64,000 nt of DNA. Origin: an uncultured Desulfospira sp. (GTDB lineage Bacteria; Desulfobacterota; Desulfobacteria; Desulfobacterales; Desulfobacteraceae). A program made the translations under genes and the position numbers. The notes beneath the pieces are model-generated. The model saw only the letters and a list, made by a program, of their open reading frames with translations. It was not told the origin of the DNA and did not search any database. This document shows positions 8,725 to 18,691 of the stretch, one piece after another (position 1 is the stretch's first letter; each line of letters starts with the position of its first letter). The stretch is taken from contig OY760175.1 of NCBI GenBank assembly GCA_963663165.1, positions 3,776,001-3,840,000 on the forward strand, written 5' to 3'.

Positions 8725-10170
8725 ATGAAACTCAAACTCAGACAAAAAATATTCCTTCATTTTTTGATTTTTATGGCAGTGAACGGCGCCATATGGCTTT
8801 TCAACTATTACAGCAACTCCCAGATCAACCAGAAACTGATCATCATTGAAAAAAAGAAAGACCTGTTAGACACCATCCTTGAAGCCCGGCGGTACGAAAA
8901 AAACTTTTTTTTAAGAAAAGACACCAAAGACCTGGCCCAGGCCCTGGTGTATATTGATAAAACCGCTCAAAAACAACAGGCCATTGAAAGTAATTTTGCT
9001 GAGCTGCTCCTGGACCTGCCCTCTTTGACCCAGCGGACCCGGCTCATTGAAGAATACCGGAAAAACACCCAGATGCTTTACGATCTGTGCAGTGTTGATG
9101 CCGGCAGTTTTTCAGGGGAGGAAAAAATCAGCGAAATCCGGGAGGTGGTCACCCGGATCGGCCGCCAGCTGACCACGGATATCGAACAGGTGGAAAAAAA
9201 GGAAAAAGAGCAGGTCTACTATCTGCTCAATATTTCCCGAAAATACCTGGTGATCTCCCTTGTCTCCCTGGTTCTGCTCACGCTGCTCACCGTATTCTTC
9301 CTGGTCAGAAACGTGAACCGGCCTCTTAAAAGCATTGAAGAGGGGATCCAGCGCATTGCCGACGGGGAGTTTGACCAGATCCCCAAACTGATGACCGGAG
9401 ACGAATTCGAGTCCCTTTCCGACAGCCTCAACCACATGATCCAGGAGCTGGATAAAAGACGGGACCAGCTGGTCCAGGCGGAAAAGATGTCATCCCTCGG
9501 GACCCTGACCTCGGGGGTGGCCCATGAGCTGAACAACCCGTTAAATAATATTTCCACCTCCATCCAGATCATCAAAGAAGAAATCCATGATCCGGATATT
9601 GAGTTTAAAGTCAATTTGCTTTCCGATGTGGAAGAGCAGGTGGACCGGGCAAGGGATATTATCCGGGCCCTGCTCGAATTTTCCAGGCAAAGTGAATTTT
9701 CAACGGAACCGGTGTTGTTTAAAAACCTGGTGGGCAGCACCATGCACCTGATCTCAAGTGAAATTCCGCCGGATATAGACGTGGTCATTGATGTGCCAAA
9801 GGACCTGGAAGGGAACATGGATCCCCGGCGGGTCCAGCAGGTCCTTTTAAACCTGATCATCAACGCCGTCTATGCCATGGAACAAGGCGGCACCCTGACC
9901 ATTTCCGCCCATAAAGAAGAGACGGGTGCCTTTGTCCTTTCGGTGGCAGACACGGGCCAGGGAATCCCCAAAGACCACCTGGCCAAAATATTTGATCCGT
10001 TTTTCACCACCCGGGATGTGGGCAAGGGGTCGGGCTTAGGACTTTCCATCATTCATGGTATTATTGAACAGCATGGTGGCATCATCGACGTTGAAAGCAA
10101 CGAGGGAAAGGGAACCGTCTTTACCATTCACCTTCCCCCTGCCGGCCACAGGGAGCAGCCGGATTGTTAA
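8725..10170 (+). CDS. membrane sensor histidine kinase (2 TM, HAMP, HisKA, HATPase)
   Basis: H-box [11 protein letters not shown]-box [29 protein letters not shown]. Confidence 0.95.
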   Translation: MKLKLRQKIFLHFLIFMAVNGAIWLFNYYSNSQINQKLIIIEKKKDLLDTILEARRYEKNFFLRKDTKDLAQALVYIDKTAQKQQAIESNFAELLLDLPSLTQRTRLIEEYRKNTQMLYDLCSVDAGSFSGEEKISEIREVVTRIGRQLTTDIEQVEKKEKEQVYYLLNISRKYLVISLVSLVLLTLLTVFFLVRNVNRPLKSIEEGIQRIADGEFDQIPKLMTGDEFESLSDSLNHMIQELDKRRDQLVQAEKMSSLGTLTSGVAHELNNPLNNISTSIQIIKEEIHDPDIEFKVNLLSDVEEQVDRARDIIRALLEFSRQSEFSTEPVLFKNLVGSTMHLISSEIPPDIDVVIDVPKDLEGNMDPRRVQQVLLNLIINAVYAMEQGGTLTISAHKEETGAFVLSVADTGQGIPKDHLAKIFDPFFTTRDVGKGSGLGLSIIHGIIEQHGGIIDVESNEGKGTVFTIHLPPAGHREQPDC

Positions 10171-10260
10171 AAGTGCCCCAAAACAAACCAATAAAAACAA
10201 TGAAGCCTGTGGAATGGGCCCGTTTCATCCTTCAGCCTTCAGCCTTCAGCCTTACCTAAC

Positions 10261-11613
10261 ATGGCTTACCACATTCTGATCATAGAAGATGAAAAAATAG
10301 CACGGACCAACCTTGAGCATATCTTTGTCAAAGAAGGGTACCGGGTCACGGCCACAGAAAGCGGGGTCAAGGGGCTGAACCTGATCAAATCCAAAAGTTT
10401 TGACCTGATCATCACGGATTTTAAAATGAAGCAGGTGGACGGCATGCAGATTTTAGAGCAGAGCCGCCAGCTTCAGCCATACACCGAAGTCATCATGATC
10501 ACGGGATATGCCACGGTGGACAATGCCGTAAAGGCCATGAAAGAAGGGGCCTATCATTACATCGCCAAGCCCTATAAAATTGACGAGGTCCGGCAGACCG
10601 CAAAGGAAGCCCTGCTCAAGCGCTCTTTACAGCTTGAAAACATTGAACTGAAAAACGCCATGAGAAAGGAAGGCCTGTTTCCCCGCATCATCGGCAACAG
10701 CCCGGCCATGGAAGAGGTCAAAAAGACCATCCGGCAGGTGGCAACAACAGATATCAGCGTCCTGATCCTTGGGGAAAGCGGAACCGGGAAAGAGCTGGTG
10801 GCCAAGGCCATTCACAACTTAAGCCACCGACACAAAAATGAAATAGTGGCCTTTAACTGCGGGTCATTTTCAGAAGACCTCATGGCCAATGAACTGTTCG
10901 GCCATGAAAAAGAAGCCTTTACCGGGGCGGCCAGGGCCAAAAAAGGGCTGTTTGAAACTGCAGACAAGGGAACGGTGTTTTTTGATGAAATCGGAGACAT
11001 GCCCCTTTCCATGCAGGTCAAAGTGCTGAGGGTAATCCAGGAAAAAGAACTTATGCGGGTGGGCGGCACCCATAACATTCCCATAGACCTGCGCTTCCTG
11101 GCCGCCACCCACCGGGATTTAAAGCATGAGGTGGACAAGGGCCGTTTCCGCCAGGACCTGTATTTCAGACTGAATGTGGTCACCATTCAGCTGCCGCCTC
11201 TGACAGAGCGCCATGGGGACATTCCGTTGCTGGCCTACCATTTTTTAGGCAAAAAAAACCGGGAAATGGGAAAAGACATTAAACAGATCGATAAAACCGC
11301 CATGGATTTTCTGGTCCGGTACGGCTGGCCCGGCAATGTCCGGGAACTTGAAAATATCATTGAACGGGCCGTGGCCATGGAAAACGCCGACACCATTTTT
11401 CCTGAAGCCCTGCCCGGCCATATCACCCAGCTGGCCGTTGAAACTTACCGGGAAGCCCCGGACGGCAACATTCCCACCATGAAAGAGCAGGAAAAGAAAT
11501 ATATTTTATGGGTATTGGAAAAAACCAACTGGAACAAAACAAAGGCCGCCGAAATCATGGCCATTGACCGGGTCTCCCTGTGGCGTAAAATTAAGGCTTA
11601 TAAGCTGGAATAG
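10261..11613 (+). CDS. sigma-54-dependent response regulator (NtrC/ZraR family)
   Basis: REC; GESGTGKE; ELFGHEKEAFTGA (GAFTGA-like loop); FRQDLYFRL; WPGNVREL; Fis-type HTH. Confidence 0.95.
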   Translation: MAYHILIIEDEKIARTNLEHIFVKEGYRVTATESGVKGLNLIKSKSFDLIITDFKMKQVDGMQILEQSRQLQPYTEVIMITGYATVDNAVKAMKEGAYHYIAKPYKIDEVRQTAKEALLKRSLQLENIELKNAMRKEGLFPRIIGNSPAMEEVKKTIRQVATTDISVLILGESGTGKELVAKAIHNLSHRHKNEIVAFNCGSFSEDLMANELFGHEKEAFTGAARAKKGLFETADKGTVFFDEIGDMPLSMQVKVLRVIQEKELMRVGGTHNIPIDLRFLAATHRDLKHEVDKGRFRQDLYFRLNVVTIQLPPLTERHGDIPLLAYHFLGKKNREMGKDIKQIDKTAMDFLVRYGWPGNVRELENIIERAVAMENADTIFPEALPGHITQLAVETYREAPDGNIPTMKEQEKKYILWVLEKTNWNKTKAAEIMAIDRVSLWRKIKAYKLE

Positions 11614-11708
11614 CTTTTTAGGCTGAAGGTTGATAGACTGAAGACTGAAAGTTGTCCGACCTCAGCCTTTTTAACCCAACCCCCTTGCAGGAGCATCGAC
11701 ACTCTCCC

Positions 11709-13475
11709 ATGGCCTCCATTTTTAGAAAAGCTGCTCCGGTTCATGCGGGCCCTTCAGGAATCAGGATATTTCCCTTTCTTGCCTGGATGAACCGGCTCAA
11801 TGCCGGCAGTCTTAAAGCAGACCTGTTAGCCGGATTGACCGGTGCCTTTATTGTGCTTCCCCAGGGGGTTTCCTTTGCTATGATTGCCGGGCTTCCGGCA
11901 GAATACGGCCTTTATGCCGCCATTGTTCCGCCGATTATGGCCGCCCTGTTCGGCTCATCCAGGCACCTGGTGTCCGGCCCCACCACGGCCATATCCATTA
12001 TTGTCTTTTCCACCTTAAGCCCCCTGGCAGAACCCGGCTCAGCCGACTATATCCGGCTTGCCCTGACCCTGACTTTTATGGCCGGATTTTTCCAGCTGAT
12101 GTTCGGCCTGATCCGGCTGGGCACCCTGATCAATTTTGTTTCCCACTCGGTGGTGGTGGGGTTTACCGCAGGCGCGGCCCTGCTCATTGCCACATCCCAG
12201 CTCAAGCATGCCCTGGGGATCCCCATCCCGGGAGGCACGTCTTTTGTCAGCACCTGGGTGCTGATCTTTAAATCCGCCGCCCATATCAGCCCTTATGAAA
12301 CCGGGATTGCCCTGGTCTCTCTTACCTGTGCCGTGGTGTTCAAAATTTTAAAGCCCCGGTGGCCGGGGCTGCTGTTCGCCCTGGTGGCCGGGAGTCTTGT
12401 CAGCATCGCCATTAACGCACCGGACCATGGGGCAAGGCTTTTGGGAGAACTGCCCGGGCGGCTTCCCCCGGTGTCCTGCCCGGATTTTACCATGGATACC
12501 TTGGGAATGATGGCCCCGGGGGCCTTGGCTGTAGCCTTCTTAGGCCTGATTGAAGCCCTGTCCATTGCCCGGGCCATTACGGTCCAGTCCGGCCAGCATA
12601 TCAACGGCAACCAGGAATTTATCGGCCAGGGCCTGTCCAACATGGCCGGCGCCTTTTTTTCAGGATATGCCGCCTCCGGCTCCTTTACCCGGTCCGGGGT
12701 CAACTACGATGCCGGGGCCGTCACCCCCCTGGCCGCCATCTTTTCAGCCCTGTTCCTGGCCGGAATTATCCTGCTGGTTGCCCCTTTGACGGCCTTTTTG
12801 CCTTTATCCGCAATGGGCGGGGTGATCTTATTTGTTGCCTTTAAGCTCATCGACGTTGCCCACATCAAAGAAATTCTTAAGAGCAGCTGGCCGGACACCC
12901 TGGTGCTGGCCGTTACCTTTGCCGGAACCCTGTTTTTCCCCATTGAATTTGCCATTTACACCGGGGTTTTGCTATCCCTTGCCATATACCTGACCCGGAC
13001 CTCCCATCCCCATGTCACCGTCCTGACCCCTTCCAAAAATGAACTGGTCAATGCCAAAGAAACCCCATCGGCCCAATGCCCCCAGACCACCTTTGTCCAA
13101 ATCAACGGCTCCTTGTTTTTCGGGGCGGCAAGCCATGTGGCCGAAGCCCTGGAAGAGATTGACAAGGAAGATCCGGGCCACCTGATCATCGTGGGGTACG
13201 GCATTAACTTCATAGACATTTCCGGGGCCATGGTCCTGGTTCAGGAGGCCGGCCGGCGGCGCAAAATGGGAAAAACCCTTTTCCTTTGCCGGATCAACCC
13301 GGAGGTAAAAGCGTTTCTTTTACACGGGGATTTCATGAACGAAATCGGGGAAGACCATCTGGTTGACACAGAGCGCCAGGCCATTGAAGCCTTGTTCAGC
13401 CAGCTGGACCCACAGGTCTGCTTCGGCTGCTCAAAAAAAATTTTTAAACAATGCAACTCTTTGGGCTCACCCTGA
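11709..13475 (+). CDS. SulP/SLC26 anion (sulfate) transporter with STAS domain
   Basis: DLLAGLTGAFIVLPQGVSFAMIAG, PAEYGLY, GSSRHLVSGPT, NQEFIGQG, STAS (GSLFFG, FIDISG). Confidence 0.93.
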   Translation: MASIFRKAAPVHAGPSGIRIFPFLAWMNRLNAGSLKADLLAGLTGAFIVLPQGVSFAMIAGLPAEYGLYAAIVPPIMAALFGSSRHLVSGPTTAISIIVFSTLSPLAEPGSADYIRLALTLTFMAGFFQLMFGLIRLGTLINFVSHSVVVGFTAGAALLIATSQLKHALGIPIPGGTSFVSTWVLIFKSAAHISPYETGIALVSLTCAVVFKILKPRWPGLLFALVAGSLVSIAINAPDHGARLLGELPGRLPPVSCPDFTMDTLGMMAPGALAVAFLGLIEALSIARAITVQSGQHINGNQEFIGQGLSNMAGAFFSGYAASGSFTRSGVNYDAGAVTPLAAIFSALFLAGIILLVAPLTAFLPLSAMGGVILFVAFKLIDVAHIKEILKSSWPDTLVLAVTFAGTLFFPIEFAIYTGVLLSLAIYLTRTSHPHVTVLTPSKNELVNAKETPSAQCPQTTFVQINGSLFFGAASHVAEALEEIDKEDPGHLIIVGYGINFIDISGAMVLVQEAGRRRKMGKTLFLCRINPEVKAFLLHGDFMNEIGEDHLVDTERQAIEALFSQLDPQVCFGCSKKIFKQCNSLGSP

Positions 13476-13574
13476 TCCGGCCCCGGGATCACTGAACCCG
13501 CCGCGGCCCGGTTAAACCTGCCGGGCTTTATTCTCCCCAAAACGGTATGCCGCTAAAAGCGGATTAATTCTTCC

Positions 13575-13721
13575 TTGACAGTCTCCAAGAATGTGTGTTT
13601 AAACAGCCAAAACAGCGTCAGAAGACGCATTAAGCAAAATAGAACACCAATAACAGCATAAGGCCAAGAAGGTCAGCCGCCGGAAGTCCCGGTGTGCTCA
13701 ATTCTTGGCCTTTTTTATTTT
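13575..13721 (+). promoter_or_regulatory. promoter plus putative attenuator leader RNA (copy A)
   Basis: TTGACA at 13575; GCGTC-AGAA-GACGC hairpin; GGCC-AAGAA-GGTC hairpin overlapping the terminator arm GGCCAAGAA...TTCTTGGCC-T7. Confidence 0.65.
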
Positions 13722-13788
13722 CATGGCACAGCGGCCCCGGTAGCGGCAGTCATGGAACAGGCTCAAAAAAATATAAAAAGGAACCATC

Positions 13789-15276
13789 ATGCTGAATAAA
13801 GAGGAACGAGACCAAAGATGGGCAAACGGGCAGGGGTATAACCGCTATATAACCGGAGAACTCAACTCCTTCCGGAAACAGGCATGGAAACAGATGATAT
13901 GCCGCCATTTTCAAAAGGAACTTTCTTTAGATGTTCTGGATATTGGAACAGGTCCGGGTTTTTTTGCGTGTATCCTGTCTGAAGAGGGGCACCGCGTTAC
14001 CGGGATAGATGCCTCAGAAGGAATGCTTGGCTGTGCTAGAAACAATGCAAAGCTGCTTGGTGTTGGCCCTGAATTTTTAGAAATGGATGTTAACCACCTT
14101 GATTTTCCGGATAATCGTTTCGATGTCCTTGTCACCAGAAATGTCACCTGGACACTGGAGTTCCCGGAAAATGTCTATACGGAGTTCAAACGAATCCTGC
14201 GGCCAAACGGTCTGCTCCTTATATATGATGCAAACTGGCACATGCACTATTTTGATGAAGAGCTGATGAAAAGGGTACGAAAAAGAGAACAGAACCATTT
14301 TGAAAGATATGGTAAAAAAGAAATTGTGTGCAATGATGATACCGATTATTTTGGCTGCCTTCCCTTATCAAATACATTGCGGCCCCAGTGGGATATGAAG
14401 GTTCTGGGACGGCTTGGATTTACCGTGTCTGTAGAGGAAAACGTTGGAAAAGATGTATACGAGGATTGGGAAAAACAGCTATACGGCGAATCTCCTTTGT
14501 TTGAAATCTGCGCTGTCAATAATGAAATGAGCCTGGAGAAAACCAGGATTCAAAACTACTGGCAGACCCGGTCCTCAACATTTGGATTCACCAAGTCGGC
14601 CGAAGAAATAAAAGGATGGCAGGAACGCATCTCAACGTATCTGCCTGAGGGCCGGCTCAAGATATTGGATGCCGGCACCGGCACCGGCTTTCTGGCCATT
14701 GCCACAGCGCTGATGGGTCATGACGTGACAGGGATTGATATGTGTTCCAACATGATTCAAAAAGCCAAAGAAAATGCCGTAAAACATAAAACCGATATCA
14801 CGTTCTTTTGTACAGATGCCGGTGAGATGCCCTTCGAAGATGAGACCTTTGATGTTGTGATTTCACGCAACCTTATCTGGGCATTGATGAACCCGGAAGA
14901 GGTGCTGGTTCAATGGAAACGGATATTAAAGCCAGGTGGACTGTTGATGTATTTTGACGGGAATCATTATACCTATCTCTTTAATGAAGAAGACCGCAAA
15001 GCCCGGGAAAAATATGTTTCCATTACAGGAAACGCCCACCGGGGAGACCCGGGCGGGGTGAATTATGAAGAGATGGACGATGCAGCCCTGGCCCTGCCCC
15101 TTTCAAAGCTTGACCGGCCCCATGAATGGGATGATAAAGTGCTTCCTAAAATGGGGTACAACATTATTGCCAAAGAGGTGGAACGTCCCCAGGAGCTGTT
15201 AAGCCAGGAAATTGCCGAAGGGTATTACACAGTGTTTTTGATTGTTGCTCAAAAGTCCCATAACAACACCAACTAG
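13789..15276 (+). CDS. tandem (double-domain) class I SAM-dependent methyltransferase
   Basis: Two motif-I copies (VLDIGTGPGF; ILDAGTGTGF), each followed by FDV(L/V)(V/I)(T/S)RN..W and KRIL(R/K)P.G. Confidence 0.9.
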   Translation: MLNKEERDQRWANGQGYNRYITGELNSFRKQAWKQMICRHFQKELSLDVLDIGTGPGFFACILSEEGHRVTGIDASEGMLGCARNNAKLLGVGPEFLEMDVNHLDFPDNRFDVLVTRNVTWTLEFPENVYTEFKRILRPNGLLLIYDANWHMHYFDEELMKRVRKREQNHFERYGKKEIVCNDDTDYFGCLPLSNTLRPQWDMKVLGRLGFTVSVEENVGKDVYEDWEKQLYGESPLFEICAVNNEMSLEKTRIQNYWQTRSSTFGFTKSAEEIKGWQERISTYLPEGRLKILDAGTGTGFLAIATALMGHDVTGIDMCSNMIQKAKENAVKHKTDITFFCTDAGEMPFEDETFDVVISRNLIWALMNPEEVLVQWKRILKPGGLLMYFDGNHYTYLFNEEDRKAREKYVSITGNAHRGDPGGVNYEEMDDAALALPLSKLDRPHEWDDKVLPKMGYNIIAKEVERPQELLSQEIAEGYYTVFLIVAQKSHNNTN

Positions 15277-15286
15277 TGATCGTGGT

Positions 15287-16255
15287 ATGCTGAAATATAT
15301 CCTAAAACGGATACTTTACCTGATCCCGATCATGTTCCTGATCTCTTTTATATCTTTTTTCCTTATATATTTGTCTCCCGGAGACCCGGCTCAAATATTT
15401 CTTTCTCAGAAAGGGGATGTGCCCAGTGCCGAAGCCATCTCAGCGCTGCGCAGCCAATTAGGGCTTGATAAACCGATTACGGAACAATATGTGACCTGGC
15501 TTGTGGATATATGCCACGGTGATTTTGGCAACTCAATATCTACAGGCACGGCTGTTTTAAGCCAGATAAAAAAATATTTCCCAAACACCTTGAAACTGAC
15601 GGCCCTGGCAATGCTGATAACATTGATTGTCTCCATCCCTTTAGGGATTTTATCTGCCATCCGGGAGAACCGGCTCACAGACAACATCATCCGGGTATGC
15701 ACCTTTACCAGCAATTCACTGCCCGGCTTTTTTGCCGCCCTTTTGCTGATTTACCTGCTTGCCGTTAAACTCCGGTGGCTGCCCACCATCAGCTCAGGGT
15801 CCAAGAATGGGATTGTCATTCCGGCATTGACCCTTGCGCTGACCATGTCGGCTGTCTATATACGCCAAATCCGGGCCGTATTAATTAACGAATTGCAGGA
15901 AGACTATATCCGCATGCAACGGGCCCGGGGCATCCATGAAAGGACCATCCTTTTCAAAGGTGCCTTAAAAAGCATCCTGCCTTCCATCTTAACCATCGCC
16001 GGTATCAATGTCGGGCAATTGCTGGGCGGGACCGCCATTATTGAGATTGTCTGCACCTATCCGGGTATTGGACGACTTGCGGTGGAGTCTATCACCAACA
16101 GGGACTATCCCATGGTTCAGGGTTACGTCCTTTTGATGGCTTTGATTTATGTATGGGTCAATTTGGCGGTTGATGTGCTGCATGCAATTTCAGACCCCCG
16201 TGTCAGGCATCATATTCTGACCGGGCAAAGCTTCCGGCCGGTTCATGAAAAATAG
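15287..16255 (+). CDS. Ni/peptide ABC transporter permease (NikB/DppB-like)
   Basis: PGDPA, LGLDKP, GDFGNS, EAA-like QEDYIRMQRARG, NRDYPMVQG. Confidence 0.9.
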   Translation: MLKYILKRILYLIPIMFLISFISFFLIYLSPGDPAQIFLSQKGDVPSAEAISALRSQLGLDKPITEQYVTWLVDICHGDFGNSISTGTAVLSQIKKYFPNTLKLTALAMLITLIVSIPLGILSAIRENRLTDNIIRVCTFTSNSLPGFFAALLLIYLLAVKLRWLPTISSGSKNGIVIPALTLALTMSAVYIRQIRAVLINELQEDYIRMQRARGIHERTILFKGALKSILPSILTIAGINVGQLLGGTAIIEIVCTYPGIGRLAVESITNRDYPMVQGYVLLMALIYVWVNLAVDVLHAISDPRVRHHILTGQSFRPVHEK

Positions 16256-17087
16256 ACCGTACAGCCACAATAGCGCAAAACAACGGTTTTATTTCTGGTC
16301 AGCCGTTGTCATGGGGGTGCTCATTTTTGCCGTCATCGGACCGGCATTAACCGAACATGATCCTTTTTTAGTGGACCTGACACAGGTGAACCAGCCCCCG
16401 AGCCGTGAATATATCATGGGAACCGACTATATTGGCCGGTGTGTTTTCAGCCGTCTGGTCAAGGGCGCTGTCCGCTCCATTTACGCGGCGGTTCTGGTAG
16501 TGGCCATCACCTTTGCCATTGGAACCTTGATCGGGGTCCTGTGTGGATATTTCAGCGGAAAACTGGACGCCCTTTTAATGCGCTTTGTGGATGGTGTTCA
16601 GTCGTTTCCAGAGTTGGTGTTTACCATTGCCGTCGCAGGCATGCTGGGTAACGGCATGGTAAACTGCATCATTGCCATGGCGGCGGTGGGCTGGACAGGG
16701 TACGCAAGGCTTGCCAGAAGCCAGGTCCTTTCCATAAAAAAAAAGACCTTTGTCAGCGCGGCCAGACTGACGGGAATGTCAACAGGAGAAATTTTAATCA
16801 AAACCGTATTGCCCAACTGCTTAAGCCCTATGGTGGTTTATGCGAGCATGCATGTGGGAAGCGCCATTTTAGGATTTGCCGGGCTTTCATACTTAGGCCT
16901 GGGAACTTCGCCGCCGTATCCGGAATGGGGCGCCATGCTTAATGACGGAAGAACCAGACTCCAGATTGCCCCATGGGGTGTGCTTTTTCCAGGCCTTGCG
17001 ATTCTGATTGTTGTAATGATCATGAGCATGTTTGGCGACAGTGTAAATGAAATACTCAACCCTCAGCATAAAGAGACCAAACGATAA
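16245..17087 (+). CDS. Ni/peptide ABC transporter permease (NikC/DppC-like)
   Basis: MGTDYIGRCVFSRL, FVSAARLTG, LSYLGLG, PEWGAML. Confidence 0.9.
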   Translation: MKNRPYSHNSAKQRFYFWSAVVMGVLIFAVIGPALTEHDPFLVDLTQVNQPPSREYIMGTDYIGRCVFSRLVKGAVRSIYAAVLVVAITFAIGTLIGVLCGYFSGKLDALLMRFVDGVQSFPELVFTIAVAGMLGNGMVNCIIAMAAVGWTGYARLARSQVLSIKKKTFVSAARLTGMSTGEILIKTVLPNCLSPMVVYASMHVGSAILGFAGLSYLGLGTSPPYPEWGAMLNDGRTRLQIAPWGVLFPGLAILIVVMIMSMFGDSVNEILNPQHKETKR

Positions 17088-18691
17088 TGGCAGACCATAT
17101 ACCGGCAATACCTTCCAGTCAATTTATAATTGAATGCCAACCAATGAAAGGCAAACAAATAAAACAGTGGAAAAGGATGTGCCTCCTTATCCCTGCCGTA
17201 TTGCTGTTATGCACGCTGTTTGCCGGCTGCTCAACCCGGGACAACGACGATCAGACAACCCTGACCTTTGTCTCTGACACCAATACCCATGGGATATCTT
17301 TAGATCCCGCCATTGATTACTGCGGTTCGAGAAATGTCAGTATCGGGACATGTGAAACGCTTTTTAAACTCAACAATGACACCCTTGATGTTGAAGCCCA
17401 TCTGGCCGGCTATTATACCCGGGCCGATGACCACACCTGGCAGATTAATATCCGGGATGACATTGTTTTCTCTAATGGAAAAAAGCTGACAGCGGCGGCT
17501 GTAAAGAAAGCTTTGGCCTATGATTTCAATGGAATAGTCCGCCTTTCCACAATGCTGGACATTGATTCCATGCAGGCTGATGGCCAGGTTTTGACCATCA
17601 AGACCAAATCCGTTGTCGCAACCCTTCCCAGAATTCTAACAGACCCGGGTGCCCTGATTTTTGACACGGAAGGGACAACAGATTACTCAAAAGGCGTTAT
17701 CGGAACCGGTCCTTATATATTGGAAAGCATGGATGAAGAGGGCAACTGCAAGCTAATAAGAAATGAAACGTACTGGCAGGGGGTGCCGGGGGCTGACAAG
17801 GTACATACCAAATTTATTTCAGAGGCATCGGCCATCACCATAGCGCTGCAGGCGGGCGAACTTGATTTTGCAAAGATAGAGCCCTCTGACATTTCCCTTT
17901 TTGAGAGCAGTGACGAATATGAGGTCATGGGGTATGAGACCGGGCGGGTTTATTTTTTGTATCTCAACCCGGAATATGCCGCCACAAAAGATCCGGCTTT
18001 GAGAAAAGCCCTGACCTATGCCTTTGACCGGCAAGCCTATCTAGATGCCATATATGACGGACGGGGAAAAACGACCACCACCATTTTTCCGGTCTGGTCA
18101 GGGTTCTCTGTCAACGATGTTTCCCAGGTAAAATATAACCCTGATAAGGCCAGACAGATCCTGGCGGATGCCGGTTACAGGGATGGTGACGGTGACGGTA
18201 TTCTCGAAAAAAATGGTGAAACCATTTCACTTACAATTGCCTGCTATGCCAATAATGGGTTCTCGGTTTTGAGTGAGGTTCTTCAGGCGTCTTTGCTCAA
18301 GCTGGGGATTAACTCCCATATCATGGTTTCGGATGCCATTGTGGCGGATTTAAAAAAAGGACATTTCAATGTGGCCACATATGGATATACAACCCTGACC
18401 ATGGGAGATTGTTTTAACTTTCTAGAACCGGTATTCCGGACAGGGGCTTTTGCTAACTTTGCCCATTTTTCCAGCACAACTGTCGATTCCCTGCTAACTA
18501 AACTGAAAGCCACATCCGATGTGGCCGCCCGAAAGCAGCTGGCCATTGAAATTCAAAAAAACATCTACGCTGAAGATGACCATGTGTTTCTCATTCATAT
18601 CAGCACATACAACGTCGTTAGAAAAGGTGTAAAAAATGTCACCCCGGATCTTGGCAACTCTTTTAATTTATGGAAGATAACAAAGGAATGA
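17087..18691 (+). CDS. ABC substrate-binding lipoprotein, family 5 (NikA/DppA-like); true start probably 17144 or later
   Basis: Lipobox LFAGC; SLDPA; IRDDIVFSNGKKLTA; IGTGPY. Confidence 0.88.
   Translation: MADHIPAIPSSQFIIECQPMKGKQIKQWKRMCLLIPAVLLLCTLFAGCSTRDNDDQTTLTFVSDTNTHGISLDPAIDYCGSRNVSIGTCETLFKLNNDTLDVEAHLAGYYTRADDHTWQINIRDDIVFSNGKKLTAAAVKKALAYDFNGIVRLSTMLDIDSMQADGQVLTIKTKSVVATLPRILTDPGALIFDTEGTTDYSKGVIGTGPYILESMDEEGNCKLIRNETYWQGVPGADKVHTKFISEASAITIALQAGELDFAKIEPSDISLFESSDEYEVMGYETGRVYFLYLNPEYAATKDPALRKALTYAFDRQAYLDAIYDGRGKTTTTIFPVWSGFSVNDVSQVKYNPDKARQILADAGYRDGDGDGILEKNGETISLTIACYANNGFSVLSEVLQASLLKLGINSHIMVSDAIVADLKKGHFNVATYGYTTLTMGDCFNFLEPVFRTGAFANFAHFSSTTVDSLLTKLKATSDVAARKQLAIEIQKNIYAEDDHVFLIHISTYNVVRKGVKNVTPDLGNSFNLWKITKE

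Noticed and set aside
13605..13721. Leader as a known riboswitch (cobalamin, NiCo, SAM, c-di-GMP) or T-box
   Set aside because: No B12 box, T-box or other consensus recognised by eye; kept as an unclassified motif pending an Rfam scan
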